Source: Nannocystales bacterium
GTDB lineage: Bacteria > Myxococcota_A > Polyangia > Nannocystales > Nannocystaceae
Assembly (NCBI GenBank): GCA_050633305.1
Contig: JBOEGF010000015.1
Coordinates: forward strand, 160,001 to 224,000
DNA length: 64,000 nt
Direction: 5' to 3'
Shown here in pieces: positions 49,131-58,966 of the stretch; position 1 is the first letter of the stretch, and every line of letters begins with the position of its first letter. A program made the position numbers and the translations under genes. The notes beneath the pieces are model-generated. The model worked only from the letters and a program-made list of their open reading frames with translations, had not been told where the DNA came from and made no database searches.

Positions 49131-50821
49131 GCTGCGTCGCGGTACTGGTCAGTGTTGGCGGCACCCGGAGTAGGGGCGCTTCTCTTGTTGCTGGTCAGCC
49201 AGCCGCGAAGGACGCGGGCGGCGATTTCGGGGTCTTCGGTCGCCATGGCGCAGGCGCGCTCGAGGTAGGTCGCGTCCTCTTCGAGGTCCTCGAGGCGAGG
49301 TTTGCGGACGAGGGCTCGCTGGTCGGCGCTGGCGTCTTCGGGAAGCTCGGACTCGAGTTCTTCGACGGTCTTGGGCAGTGTTGCCGCGTCCAGCTCTTCC
49401 TCTGCAGCGGCGGCAGCGGCGGCTGCCTTCTTCTTGCGGCGGCGCATGATCATGAAGACGATGAAGCCGACGAAGAGCAGGGCTCCACCCGCGGCGGCGG
49501 CGAGCATCCACATGGGTGGCATCGCAGCGACCGGGGTCTCGGGTGCGACCTCGGCAGCCTCTTCGACCGGGGGCACGACGAAGGGCACGGAGACGATTTC
49601 GATGCCGTCGCCTCGCTGATCGTCGAGCCCGGCCGCCTTGCGTGCGAGGGCCTCCAGACTCTTGAGCTGCTCGGGTGTGCGCGGGACCGCATTGCCCTCG
49701 GCGTCGACGGGCTCGTTGAGAAGGATGGCCAGGTGCAACCGGCGAACACGTTGACGCGGCCCGACGGTGCGCTGGATGACCTGGTTGACCTCGAAGTTCT
49801 TGATCTCGTGAATGTTGTTGCCACCAGCGCCAGCCCCGGCCGCCCCACCACCGCCAGCGGTGCCGGGAAGGTTCGCGCGAGCGCCCGCTTCGCCGCCGAC
49901 ATTTCCGGCACCGTTGCCCCCGCCGACGTGCCGCTCGTGACTCTTGAGGGCGATCTTGTCCGGGGCCTGGTCGTAGGTTCGTTCGGTGCGCTCAATCTGC
50001 GCTCGGTCGACGTCGGCGGTGACGGTGACCTTGAGGTTCTCCGGACCGACGACAGGCTCGAGCATCTCCTCGACCCGCCGGGCGAGCGTGCGCTCCAGTT
50101 CCATGGCGGCTTCGGTGCCTTCCATGTCGCCGCCGGGGTTGCTCAACGCGTTGCCGTTGCCGTCGACGAGCGCGACGTTCTCGGGCGCGAGCCCGTCCAC
50201 GCTGCTTGCGACCATGTTCGCGATGCCGCGCTTCTGGTGCGACGTCAGCTGAGCTCCCGCGCGAAGTGTGACGACTACGGACGCTGTGGGGGGGTCATCT
50301 TGTCGGGCGTAGAGCGAGCGCTTGCCCATCGCGATGTGCACGCGTGCTCGCTCTACGGTCGCCAGAGACGAGATGGTGCGGCCCAACTCGCCCTCGACAG
50401 CCCGGCGGAAGTTGGTTTGCTCGACAAAGTTGGTCGCGCCGAACGACTGGCGGTCAAAGAGCTCGAAGCCCACGCCCGCGCCTCCGGTAGGTGCAGCGCC
50501 ATCAGCAGCGAGCGTGATGCGAAGCTCGTCGACGCGATCCTTCGGGACTTCGATCGCCGTGCCCCCGGCCGTCAGCTCGTAGGGCACGTTTTGGGCTTGC
50601 AGCTCCTCGACGAGCCGCCCTGCGTCCTCGGGAGACAGACGAGAGAAGAGGATCGCCCCGTCCATGGGCGTTTCCTTGGTGGTGATCCACGACAGCCCGA
50701 TCACCAGGGCGAGCAGCGAAGCGACAGCGATCGCCTTTTGGAGTGCGCCCAGCTTGTTCCATACCGCCAAGAATTGGGTGACGGGGGAGCTGCTGGGAGT
50801 GCTGTCTTCTTGCTCGGCCAT
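49127..50821 (-). CDS. fliF: MS-ring protein
   Basis: GFELFD..FG.T.F, RA.EGEL.RTI, ARVHI and ASV; two TM helices. Confidence 0.95.
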   Translation of the reverse strand: MAEQEDSTPSSSPVTQFLAVWNKLGALQKAIAVASLLALVIGLSWITTKETPMDGAILFSRLSPEDAGRLVEELQAQNVPYELTAGGTAIEVPKDRVDELRITLAADGAAPTGGAGVGFELFDRQSFGATNFVEQTNFRRAVEGELGRTISSLATVERARVHIAMGKRSLYARQDDPPTASVVVTLRAGAQLTSHQKRGIANMVASSVDGLAPENVALVDGNGNALSNPGGDMEGTEAAMELERTLARRVEEMLEPVVGPENLKVTVTADVDRAQIERTERTYDQAPDKIALKSHERHVGGGNGAGNVGGEAGARANLPGTAGGGGAAGAGAGGNNIHEIKNFEVNQVIQRTVGPRQRVRRLHLAILLNEPVDAEGNAVPRTPEQLKSLEALARKAAGLDDQRGDGIEIVSVPFVVPPVEEAAEVAPETPVAAMPPMWMLAAAAGGALLFVGFIVFMIMRRRKKKAAAAAAAAEEELDAATLPKTVEELESELPEDASADQRALVRKPRLEDLEEDATYLERACAMATEDPEIAARVLRGWLTSNKRSAPTPGAANTDQYRDAA

Positions 50822-50847
50822 GAGTGATCAGGGGCGTGGTCTCGGCT

Positions 50848-51144
50848 CTACAGCGGGGTGTTCATCAGGTCGCGGTAGGCTTCGACGGCCTTGTTCTTGA
50901 GCGTGACCGCGTAGCGCAGGGACACGTTGGCGCGCTCGGCTGCGATCATCATTTCGTGGATGCCCACCGTGGGGTCGCCCGCGGCGAAGCGCTCACCAAG
51001 GTCGTCCGCAGTCGCTTCTGCTTGGCGCGCGGAGTCGAGACTCTCGGTGAGGATGTTCGAGAAGTCCTCGTCGTCGGGGACAGCCTCGGTGTCGAACTTT
51101 GCTGCGGGGGGAAGCCCGCCGGGTCCTGAAACTGGATTGACCAT
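50848..51144 (-). CDS. fliE: Hook-basal body protein FliE
   Basis: IHEMMIA.E.A and KNKAVEAYRDLM. Confidence 0.92.
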   Translation of the reverse strand: MVNPVSGPGGLPPAAKFDTEAVPDDEDFSNILTESLDSARQAEATADDLGERFAAGDPTVGIHEMMIAAERANVSLRYAVTLKNKAVEAYRDLMNTPL

Positions 51145-51581
51145 CAGCCGCCAATCTCCGTCGCGCGCTCTGCCATCGACACGGCGGTACCCAGTGCGGT
51201 TACGCCGGCCTCGTAGGCCCGGGAAGCGGTGATCATGTCGACCATCTCCTCGACGACGTTGACGTTGGGGAACGCGACGTAGCCGTTGATGTCCGAGTCC
51301 GGGTGCCCCGGGTCGTACTCGAGTCGGGGTGGGGACTGGTCCTCCTCGATCGCCGCGACGCGTACGCCCTTGGCAGTCCCTTCAAACACGTTGTCGAACT
51401 GCAGCGCGGGCCCACGCATGACATCGACCGATTCCAGCGCGACCGACTTGCGCTTGTACGCGCCGCCATCGGCACCACGCGTCGTGTTGGCGTTGGCCAT
51501 GTTGGACGAGGCCATGTTCATCCGCGTGCGCTCGGCTGCGAGCCCAGAGGCGGAGACTTCCATTGAAGTGAAGAAATCCAT
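51144..51581 (-). CDS. flgC: Basal body rod protein FlgC
   Basis: SASGL.AER.RM...SNMANA.TT, YDP.HP and PNVN..EEM.DMI.ASRAYEA. Confidence 0.96.
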   Translation of the reverse strand: MDFFTSMEVSASGLAAERTRMNMASSNMANANTTRGADGGAYKRKSVALESVDVMRGPALQFDNVFEGTAKGVRVAAIEEDQSPPRLEYDPGHPDSDINGYVAFPNVNVVEEMVDMITASRAYEAGVTALGTAVSMAERATEIGG

Positions 51582-51598
51582 GGTGTGAACCCTTTCGG

Positions 51599-51994
51599 TC
51601 AGCCGACGCCGTCGGTTGCTGCGTAACGCAGTGCAGCCATGCGTTTGGAGATGATTCGGGAAGTGGCGGTGTAGCGGACTCGGTTCGCGTCGACCTTGGC
51701 GAGCTCACGGTCAACGCTCACTGTGTTGCCGTCGAGCCCAGCTTCCGCGCCGTTGTCGTCGTAGAAGGTTTCAGCGTCTCCAGCATCGACCGTTCCGAGC
51801 TCGTCTTGGTGTAGCTCGCTGGTGCGGTCGAGCGAGAGTTCCAAGTTGGCGACGGGGTTTCGCTCGAGCTCCAGTGGGCGATACCCAGGGGTGTCGGCGT
51901 TGGCGACGTTGCCCGCCAGGACAGCGTGTCGGCGGCGGTGGAAGGTGAGGCCGCCGGCCATGGCATCAGTCGATTTGTTGAGCCCGTTGATCAT
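51599..51994 (-). CDS. flgB: Basal body rod protein FlgB
   Basis: NVANADTPGY and DGNTV..D.E. Confidence 0.95.
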   Translation of the reverse strand: MINGLNKSTDAMAGGLTFHRRRHAVLAGNVANADTPGYRPLELERNPVANLELSLDRTSELHQDELGTVDAGDAETFYDDNGAEAGLDGNTVSVDRELAKVDANRVRYTATSRIISKRMAALRYAATDGVG

Positions 51995-52031
51995 TGAGGA
52001 ACCTGCTTGGTGCGGATCAGAGTTCAGTCAG

Positions 52032-52048
52032 TGCACGATGCGTGCCGG
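52032..52048 (-). promoter_or_regulatory. Sigma54 (-24/-12) promoter of the flgB operon
   Basis: Minus strand CCGGCACGCATCGTGCA (GG-N10-GC), 37 nt upstream of flgB. Confidence 0.8.
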
Positions 52049-52129
52049 AGTCAAAGCTTGGATCCTGAGGCGCACTTGGGAGATCGAGTGTCAACGTGGT
52101 CTGTGGTGTCGTCGGTTTTGACGACAGCT

Positions 52130-53122
52130 TCACCCGAGCTTGCGGAGTTTCTCGACGAGCGTCGTTCGGTTGAGCCCGAGCAGTGAAGCGGCTTCGGTTC
52201 GGTTGCCGCCGGCTTTCTCCAGCGCGCGCGCGATGACCTGGCCCTCGACCTTCTTGATGGCCGTGCGCAGGTCGAGCTCTTCGACAGCATTGCTGCTCGC
52301 CACCTTCTGTTGTCCGCCTCGCGCGGACTCGAGCCCCAGTGCAGTCGCCTCGAGCATGGCCGAACTCGACAAGACGACAGCCCGCTCGATCGCGTTGCTC
52401 AGCTCGCGAACGTTGCCGGGCCAGCTGTGCGACGCCAGGATGGCTGCCGTCTGCGGAGTGAGGCCTTGGACGTTGCGCCCGGCTCGCTCGTTGAAAAGCT
52501 TGATGAAGTGCTCCGCCAGCGGCACGACATCCTCGGGCCGTTCCCGCAGTGGGGCGGCATGAACCCGGATGACGTTGAGGCGGTAGTAGAGGTCGAGGCG
52601 AAACTCGCCCGCGTCGACCATCGCTCGTAGATCGCGATGTGTCGCCGCGACCACTCGGACATCACACGGCACGGGTGTGTCGGAGCCCACCGGAGTGACC
52701 TCGCGTTCTTGGAGGGTACGCAGGAGCTTGGATTGCGCCGTCAGGGGTAGGTCGCCGACCTCATCGAGGAACAGCGTCCCTCCCTGGGCCGCAAGCACGC
52801 GGCCAGCGCGGGTGTTGTTGGCGCCCGTGTATGCACCCTTCGCGTGGCCGAAGAGCTCGGACTCGACCAGCGTCTCGGGGAGCGCAGCGCAGTTGACCGC
52901 GACGAAGGGCCGGGCCGCACGAGGCGAGCCTTGATGGACGGCCCGGGCAAGCAGCTCCTTGCCGGACCCCGACTCACCCGTGATCAGGACCGTCGAGTTC
53001 GTGTCCGCACACCGCTCGATGAGCTGGAGCGAGAACTCCAGCGCAGGACTGCAGCCCACGACCTCCGGAGCAAAGCGGTTGCGCCAGGGCGTGTCGGTCG
53101 AGGGGACGGGATGCGGCTTCAT
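52130..53122 (-). CDS. Sigma54 enhancer-binding protein (AAA+ and Fis HTH, no receiver domain); probable flagellar regulator
   Basis: [37 protein letters not shown] and [14 protein letters not shown]. Confidence 0.92.
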   Translation of the reverse strand: MKPHPVPSTDTPWRNRFAPEVVGCSPALEFSLQLIERCADTNSTVLITGESGSGKELLARAVHQGSPRAARPFVAVNCAALPETLVESELFGHAKGAYTGANNTRAGRVLAAQGGTLFLDEVGDLPLTAQSKLLRTLQEREVTPVGSDTPVPCDVRVVAATHRDLRAMVDAGEFRLDLYYRLNVIRVHAAPLRERPEDVVPLAEHFIKLFNERAGRNVQGLTPQTAAILASHSWPGNVRELSNAIERAVVLSSSAMLEATALGLESARGGQQKVASSNAVEELDLRTAIKKVEGQVIARALEKAGGNRTEAASLLGLNRTTLVEKLRKLG

Positions 53123-53244
53123 CGCATCCCGATCAGTAGGGCGATGCTCACGGCCGGGCAATGGCCGCAAACAGATAGGGACACGAGCGCGCTCGCCCCG
53201 GCCGCGGTTCGGCACGGGGGGCGTCGGGACTCTGACGAAAGCGT

Positions 53245-53733
53245 CTACTGAATGACGAATTCCGTCAAATACAGCCCTGCGAGCGTGTTTGCGCCGGTCT
53301 GCTTCTCAACCCGGGCGATGATCTCGTCGCGGATCTTCAGCTTCTTCTCTTCGCCGGTGGTGTCCTCGACGGTGAGTCCGGAGAGGTAGCGCAGAAGGTC
53401 CGCTCGAATCGCGCGCTTCTTCTGCTCGACCAGAGCGACGCGTTCTTCTCCGTGGACCTCGACTTCGATCGTCGCCTTGAGGTAGCGGCTGGATTTCGGC
53501 TCGTTCAAGTTGACGACGAACGGGGCCAGAGGAACTGGTGTCGGCGGAATGGACGGGTCGATCGCCTCTTTTTCCACGGGAGCAGGGCCAGCGTTGGAGA
53601 ACACCAGGAACCCGACCGCGCCAGTGGCGAGGATGTTGACGAGCGCGAGCAGCATCGGGAGCTTGGAAGGACTCGGGGGGCCCTCCTCTTCGCCGTCGGC
53701 GTCCTTCTTGTCCTTGTCTTTGTCCTTGCTCAT
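53245..53733 (-). CDS. fliL: Flagellar basal body-associated FliL
   Basis: One TM helix, FVVNL...RYL and Y.TEFVIQ C-terminus. Confidence 0.92.
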   Translation of the reverse strand: MSKDKDKDKKDADGEEEGPPSPSKLPMLLALVNILATGAVGFLVFSNAGPAPVEKEAIDPSIPPTPVPLAPFVVNLNEPKSSRYLKATIEVEVHGEERVALVEQKKRAIRADLLRYLSGLTVEDTTGEEKKLKIRDEIIARVEKQTGANTLAGLYLTEFVIQ

Positions 53734-54482
53734 GGGGTGTTCCGCTTCGAGGAGACGACCACGTCAATGCGCCGGTTGAGGGCACGGCCTTGGGTGGTTC
53801 GGTTGGTGGCGACGGGGCGGTATTGGCCGTAGCCCGCCGCGGACAGTCGTACTGGGTCGACACCATGGAGTTCGACCAGTTGCTCGAGAACTTCAGTGGC
53901 GCGGGCCGTAGAAAGCTCCCAGTTCGAATGAAAGGCCCGACTTCGGACGGGGGTGTTGTCGGTGTGTCCCTCGATGGTCACGCGACCTTCGAGTCGTCCA
54001 AGCGCCGCGCCGAGCTTGGCGACGGCCTCCTTCGCGGACTCGAGGACCTGGTCCTTGCCGGGTTCAAACAGCACCGACGAACCCAGGCTGAGGCGAACGC
54101 CCTGAGAGTCCGGATTCACGCGAATTCGGCCTTCAAGGGCCGGATCGCGCACGAGTCCACGGACAACCTCATCGAGCAGGAGCTCCGCGGGTGTGGCCAC
54201 GATACGAGGCGCAGGCTGGGGCATCGGGGGGCCGGAGAACGCGATGGGGACATCGCAGACGGGCGGCTCCACAACAGGGGCGGGAGGGGGCGGCTCGACC
54301 GGTGGCGGGGGCTCCTCGTGGACCTCGGGCACGCTGGGGGCGGCGTTCGCCTCGCGCTGTAGCTCCAAGGAGTACAGCCCGGCAAAGAACGCCAGCAGCA
54401 GCGTGACGAAGTCCGAGTAGGACACGGTCCAGCGCTGTGCCCCGCCGTCGAGCGGCGAGCGGCGGGAGGTTCGGCGAATCAT
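53730..54482 (-). CDS. motB: Second stator B subunit (MotB/MotD-like)
   Basis: WTVSYSDFVTLLLAFF; GHTD, NWELSTARA and NRRID. Confidence 0.88.
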   Translation of the reverse strand: MIRRTSRRSPLDGGAQRWTVSYSDFVTLLLAFFAGLYSLELQREANAAPSVPEVHEEPPPPVEPPPPAPVVEPPVCDVPIAFSGPPMPQPAPRIVATPAELLLDEVVRGLVRDPALEGRIRVNPDSQGVRLSLGSSVLFEPGKDQVLESAKEAVAKLGAALGRLEGRVTIEGHTDNTPVRSRAFHSNWELSTARATEVLEQLVELHGVDPVRLSAAGYGQYRPVATNRTTQGRALNRRIDVVVSSKRNTP

Positions 54483-55252
54483 GAGACCGCTCGATTTCGC
54501 TGGCCTTGGGTTCGCGCGAACGAGGCGAGTTTTCGCTCGACCAGCTTGGGCTCATCTCGGCTGGCGAGCGCGCACGCTCCCTCGATCACGAGCTCCATGT
54601 CGTCCAGCTGTCCTTGGACACGAGTCTCCATTCGGCCTGCCAGAGGCAGCAGCACAAAGTTCGCCAGGCCCAGGCCGTAGATCGTCGCGACGAACGCGAG
54701 CGCGATACCGCTGCCGAGCTGGTCGGGGTTGCTGACCATACTCATGATGCGTACCAGGCCGAACACGGCACCGAGCACGCCCATCGTCGGGGCGAAGCCC
54801 CCGCCTGCTTGGAGCACCTCCACCGCCATCGCCGCACGTCGGTCGATCCGGGCGGCGCTCAGCTCGAGTGTGGTTCTGATGTCCTCGGCGCTCGAACCCC
54901 GTCCGACCATCTCCACCGCCGTATGCAACAGGCTCGATTCCGTGGCGACGTCGGCTGCCACGCCCAGAACCGCTTGGGTTCCTCGGCGGTGGACGGCGCC
55001 CGCCATGGCGACGAACAACCGAATCGTCTCTTCACGAGACAGGCGGTGAGATGCGACGTCTCCGCTGCGAAGGTCGAAGAAGACGTTACGGAGGGCCTCC
55101 CAACGGTACTGAACCGCGAGGGCGGCCATGGTGCCTCCCACGACGATGAGCGCCGCGGAGGGCTGCACCAACAAACCCAGCTCGCCACCATCGAGGAGGT
55201 GCGTGCCGACCAGTGCCAGCAGGGCGAGAAGGAATCCAACGACGACCGTCAC
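54479..55252 (-). CDS. motA: Second stator A subunit (MotA/MotC-like)
   Basis: GGFAPTMGVLGAV.GL and GIA.AFVAT.YG; GAAGGAG RBS before GTG 55252. Confidence 0.88.
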   Translation of the reverse strand: MTVVVGFLLALLALVGTHLLDGGELGLLVQPSAALIVVGGTMAALAVQYRWEALRNVFFDLRSGDVASHRLSREETIRLFVAMAGAVHRRGTQAVLGVAADVATESSLLHTAVEMVGRGSSAEDIRTTLELSAARIDRRAAMAVEVLQAGGGFAPTMGVLGAVFGLVRIMSMVSNPDQLGSGIALAFVATIYGLGLANFVLLPLAGRMETRVQGQLDDMELVIEGACALASRDEPKLVERKLASFARTQGQRNRAVS

Positions 55253-55402
55253 CGCTCCTTCATGGAGCCGCCATCCCCCCGAAACCAGGGCAGAGCGCGG
55301 GGTTGAGGAGGCCGAATCTCGGCCGCCGCCTGTTTTGACGAGCGGTCGTTGGATCGCCTGACGGTGCCTGTGGGAAAGCCCGCGAATGCGCGTCGATAGA
55401 CC

Positions 55403-55419
55403 TTGGCCCGGTGGTTGCA
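55403..55419 (+). promoter_or_regulatory. Sigma54 promoter of the fliM-flhB operon
   Basis: TTGGCCCGGTGGTTGCA (TGG-N10-GC). Confidence 0.75.
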
Positions 55420-55432
55420 CAGAACACCACCC

Positions 55433-56353
55433 GTGGACGAGACCCTCACTGGAGACGAGCGCGAAGCCCTACGGGAGTCGATCGTCAGCAGCGTCAACGA
55501 GCCCGCCAAGAAGGGCAAGGCTCCAAAAGCTCGCCCCGTCGCCCTCATCGCAGAGGACCAGGCCGCCGAACGCGTGATGCCCACCGCGCGGCGCGTGACC
55601 GATCGCTGGGCCACCCATGTCGGACGCATCATGCCGCCGCTGACCGGCGTGAAGGTCCGCGTCAAACCGCTCGAGCACATCGAGACCAACAACGGCGAGA
55701 TTCTCGAGGAGCTCCGACAAGCGTGGGTGTGCGAGATGAAGCCAAAGGTCGGAGAGGCACCCATCGCCGTCGCAGTGTCGGGTCGCATGATCCCCGACTT
55801 GGCCTCCACGATGCTGGGAGGAACCTTCAAGCTCTCCGAGGAGAGCGTGCCGACCCCGGCAACGATCCGGGTGTTCGAGTCGCTTGGTGAGCGGCTCGCC
55901 GAGTCCGCGGCGTTTGCCTTTGAGCACGAGTGCGGCGGTGTTCTCAAGCGTGGCTCGCACCAGCTGGGCGCCGACACCTGGTCACCTCTGGTCGACGGAG
56001 AGCCCATGCTGATGGTCTCGGTCGAGATCACCGGAGAGACCGAGGGCAAGCTCCACCTCGTCACGTCGCCGGACGCCTTGCATCGGGTGCGAACAGACGT
56101 TCGCGAGATGAAGACGGTGCGCTCGGGCGTCCGGGACCTGCTTGGCAAGCTCGAGACCGATCTGTCGGTCCAGCTCGGCACCACCAAGACCACGGCGCGC
56201 AAGTTTGCGGAGTTCGGCCCGGGCTCTGTTCTGACGTTGGACGCCCTCGTGGGCGACAGCGTTCGCATCTACGTCGGCGGACAGCTCCGCGCGACGGGCC
56301 GAGCGGTGTTGATGGGCGAGATGGTCGCAGTCGAAGTTGAGAGCGTCGTTTGA
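55433..56353 (+). CDS. fliM: Divergent motor switch protein FliM
   Basis: N-terminal LTGDEREAL, C-terminal SpoA/FliMN domain, position before fliN. Confidence 0.7.
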   Translation: MDETLTGDEREALRESIVSSVNEPAKKGKAPKARPVALIAEDQAAERVMPTARRVTDRWATHVGRIMPPLTGVKVRVKPLEHIETNNGEILEELRQAWVCEMKPKVGEAPIAVAVSGRMIPDLASTMLGGTFKLSEESVPTPATIRVFESLGERLAESAAFAFEHECGGVLKRGSHQLGADTWSPLVDGEPMLMVSVEITGETEGKLHLVTSPDALHRVRTDVREMKTVRSGVRDLLGKLETDLSVQLGTTKTTARKFAEFGPGSVLTLDALVGDSVRIYVGGQLRATGRAVLMGEMVAVEVESVV

Positions 56354-56369
56354 TGGAGAGGAAAGAACA

Positions 56370-56729
56370 ATGAGTGCAGCAGAAGCAGTGGTTCAAGAGG
56401 ACGAATCGGGGATGGTCGACGGCGCAGAAGGGACCCCCACCGCAGCCGCCAACGATGTCGTTGCCGCCAACGGCGAGCCGCACTCCTTCGAAAAACTCCT
56501 GGCGGATGTGCCCTTCCAGGTCACCGTCGAGCTGGGGCGTGTTCGACTCTCGCTCCGGGAGATCGGCCAACACTTGACGCCAGGCGCCGTCATTCCGCTC
56601 TCGAAGGTGACCGGCGAGAGCCTCGACATTCGAATCAACGACCGACTCGTCGCCCGCGGCGAAGCAGTGGCCATCGGAGAGCGCTACGGCGTCCGCATGG
56701 TCGAAATCCTCGATGGAGTAGACCAATGA
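56370..56729 (+). CDS. fliN: Motor switch protein FliN
   Basis: LADVP..VTVELGR, GE.LDI.IN.RLVARGE and YGVR. Confidence 0.93.
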   Translation: MSAAEAVVQEDESGMVDGAEGTPTAAANDVVAANGEPHSFEKLLADVPFQVTVELGRVRLSLREIGQHLTPGAVIPLSKVTGESLDIRINDRLVARGEAVAIGERYGVRMVEILDGVDQ

Positions 56730-57916
56730 TCGACTGGAAACGCGTTTGTTTGTGGGGAGCTCTTCTGGGTGCGGCCGCACCTGCCACCACCCAGGCCGCC
56801 GAGGCACCGACGGATGCCCGTTCCTCCGCGCCTCTGGCCACCGTCACGACCGACGACAGCGTCGAGATCCGAGTCCAGGGGCTCATGCCGGATGGGGATG
56901 AGGTGGAGTGGAAGTGGGGCAAGCTGGTCGTACCGGTCGAGTCCAAGCCTGCTGCTGCGTTCGCCGAGTCGTACACCGATGCGACGGTGAAACGCGTGGC
57001 GTTGGTCGGTGGAGAGAAGCCGCGGCTGATCGTCATGTTCCGGCACGGCTCCCGCACCGCGAAGAAGCTGACCGAAGCGAGCACGATCACCCACACTGGG
57101 GACGGGTTCCGAGTCGTCATTCCGCGTCGACACGTTCTCGCTCCCCCCGCGCCCGAGCCTGCTGCAGTTCCCACCCCCGTCGCGGAGCCCACTGTAGCCA
57201 AGGCACCCGCCGTGGCGGCACCCACCGCCGAGCCGGTGCCCGCCGCACCCGAGGCGGCCGAGAAGGCCCCCATCGCGGCCGCAGCTGTCGAGGTCGTCGA
57301 GGCAGCACCCGAAGCTGAACCGCTCAACTTGCCCGAGCCTGGCTCCGACGTTGGGTCGTCTTCCATCGGCCCGAGCAACAAGAGCATGTACGGAACGCTT
57401 GGGTTCACGTTTGTGCTGTTGGCGATCGGCGGCGTGTTCGTCTACTGGAAGCGCCGCAACGGCACGACTCCGGGGGCTCCACGCGGATTCACGGTGATGG
57501 GCAACCAGGTCCTCGGTCCCAAGTCGCGCATTGTGCTGATGGGCCTTGGCAACCGCCGCATGTTGCTCGCCGTCAGCGAAGCCGGGACCACAGTCGTGGA
57601 CAAGTGGAGCGAAGACAGCGACTACGTGCCATCGACATCGGTCCACGCCGAGGGCGGGCTCGACGAATCCTCTCTTGCCGCGATCGAGTTCGGCATGCCA
57701 GTCGACCCTCCCACGCCTCGCAGGAAGGCCAAGCGCGACACGCTGCGGGCCTACGAACCCCCCGCACCAGACATCGCCGAAGACGAAAATGCTGAGAGCA
57801 CCGCGGTCAACGGTCTGCGCAAGCTGCGGGAACAGATCGAGAGCGGTCAAGAAGAGGCCGACGAAGACGACGCGTGGTCGCAGGCGTTGGCCAACGGAAT
57901 CCGACGGAGCGCCTGA
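56726..57916 (+). CDS. fliO: FliO with large N-terminal periplasmic extension
   Basis: Signal peptide, beta domain, Pro/Ala linker, TM helix, then LGPKSRIVL......LLAV FliO motif; between fliN and fliP. Confidence 0.75.
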   Translation: MIDWKRVCLWGALLGAAAPATTQAAEAPTDARSSAPLATVTTDDSVEIRVQGLMPDGDEVEWKWGKLVVPVESKPAAAFAESYTDATVKRVALVGGEKPRLIVMFRHGSRTAKKLTEASTITHTGDGFRVVIPRRHVLAPPAPEPAAVPTPVAEPTVAKAPAVAAPTAEPVPAAPEAAEKAPIAAAAVEVVEAAPEAEPLNLPEPGSDVGSSSIGPSNKSMYGTLGFTFVLLAIGGVFVYWKRRNGTTPGAPRGFTVMGNQVLGPKSRIVLMGLGNRRMLLAVSEAGTTVVDKWSEDSDYVPSTSVHAEGGLDESSLAAIEFGMPVDPPTPRRKAKRDTLRAYEPPAPDIAEDENAESTAVNGLRKLREQIESGQEEADEDDAWSQALANGIRRSA

Positions 57917-57920
57917 TCCG

Positions 57921-58655
57921 ATGTTGTCGCGCCTCACCACCACGCTGGGGGTCTCCCTCGCGAGTCTGAGCTACTCCGCGAGCGCGTGGGCGGCCGAACC
58001 CCAGAGCGTCACGCTCAGCACCGAGCCGTCGCCCAGCATGATCCCGCTGGTCGTCATCTTCGGGCTGATGTCGCTGCTCCCGGCGCTGGTCCTGACGACA
58101 ACATGCTTCACCCGGTTCGTGATCGTGTTCTCGTTCTTGAAGACCGGGCTGGGCACCCAGGGCGCACCGCCCAACCAGGTGTTGGTGGGCTTGGCCTTGT
58201 TCATGACCGCGTTCGTGATGGCCCCGGTGGCCACCGAGATGTACGAGCAGGCGGGCGACCCCTACATGCAGGGCGCGCTCGATGAGTCCGAAGCGTATGC
58301 CGCCGCAGAGCCGGTGGCGCGCAAGTGGCTGCTGCCTCGTACCCGCCCCGAAGATCTGGCCCTTTTCTACGACTACACCAACGACCCCCGGCCAGAGACC
58401 GCGGACGACGTACCGCTGCGCATCGCTGTCCCGGCATACATCCTCTCTGAACTTCGCACCGCGTTTCAGATGGGTCTGTTGGTCCTGCTTCCGTTTCTCG
58501 TGATCGACCTCGTCGCTGCGACGGTGCTGTCGAGTTTGGGCATGGTCATGTTGCCTCCCACCCTCGTCTCTTTGCCGATCAAGCTGCTGGTGTTCGTGAT
58601 GGCGGACGGATGGAACGTCTTGGTGATGTCGCTGTTGCGCGGGGTGGCGATATGA
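57921..58655 (+). CDS. fliP: Export gate protein FliP
   Basis: TCFTRF.IV, PPNQVL.GLALF.T, PA.ILSELRTAFQ.G and LPIKLL.FV..DGW. Confidence 0.96.
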   Translation: MLSRLTTTLGVSLASLSYSASAWAAEPQSVTLSTEPSPSMIPLVVIFGLMSLLPALVLTTTCFTRFVIVFSFLKTGLGTQGAPPNQVLVGLALFMTAFVMAPVATEMYEQAGDPYMQGALDESEAYAAAEPVARKWLLPRTRPEDLALFYDYTNDPRPETADDVPLRIAVPAYILSELRTAFQMGLLVLLPFLVIDLVAATVLSSLGMVMLPPTLVSLPIKLLVFVMADGWNVLVMSLLRGVAI

Positions 58656-58966
58656 GCGGCGACCCCATGGTCCTGGAGCTGCTCTACGCAGCGCTCATCA
58701 CCGCGGCCAAGATCTCGGTCCCGATCCTTTCTGCTTCGCTCGTCGTCGGACTCGTCACCGCGTTGCTGCAGGCGGCCACCCAGCTTCAAGAGAACGTGAT
58801 CTCGTTCGTCCCCAAGCTGGTGATTGTTGGGCTCACCTTGATGCTCTCGGGCGATTGGATGCTCATGACACTCACCGACTACGCTCGCCTGGTCATCCGA
58901 CAAAGTGGCGAGCTGGGCGTCGTCCCGGGCGCGATGGCACCCACACCGCGGGACGAGCTCGAGTGA
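58652..58966 (+). CDS. fliQ: Export gate protein FliQ
   Basis: GL...LQAATQLQE...SFVPKL. Confidence 0.94.
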   Translation: MSGDPMVLELLYAALITAAKISVPILSASLVVGLVTALLQAATQLQENVISFVPKLVIVGLTLMLSGDWMLMTLTDYARLVIRQSGELGVVPGAMAPTPRDELE

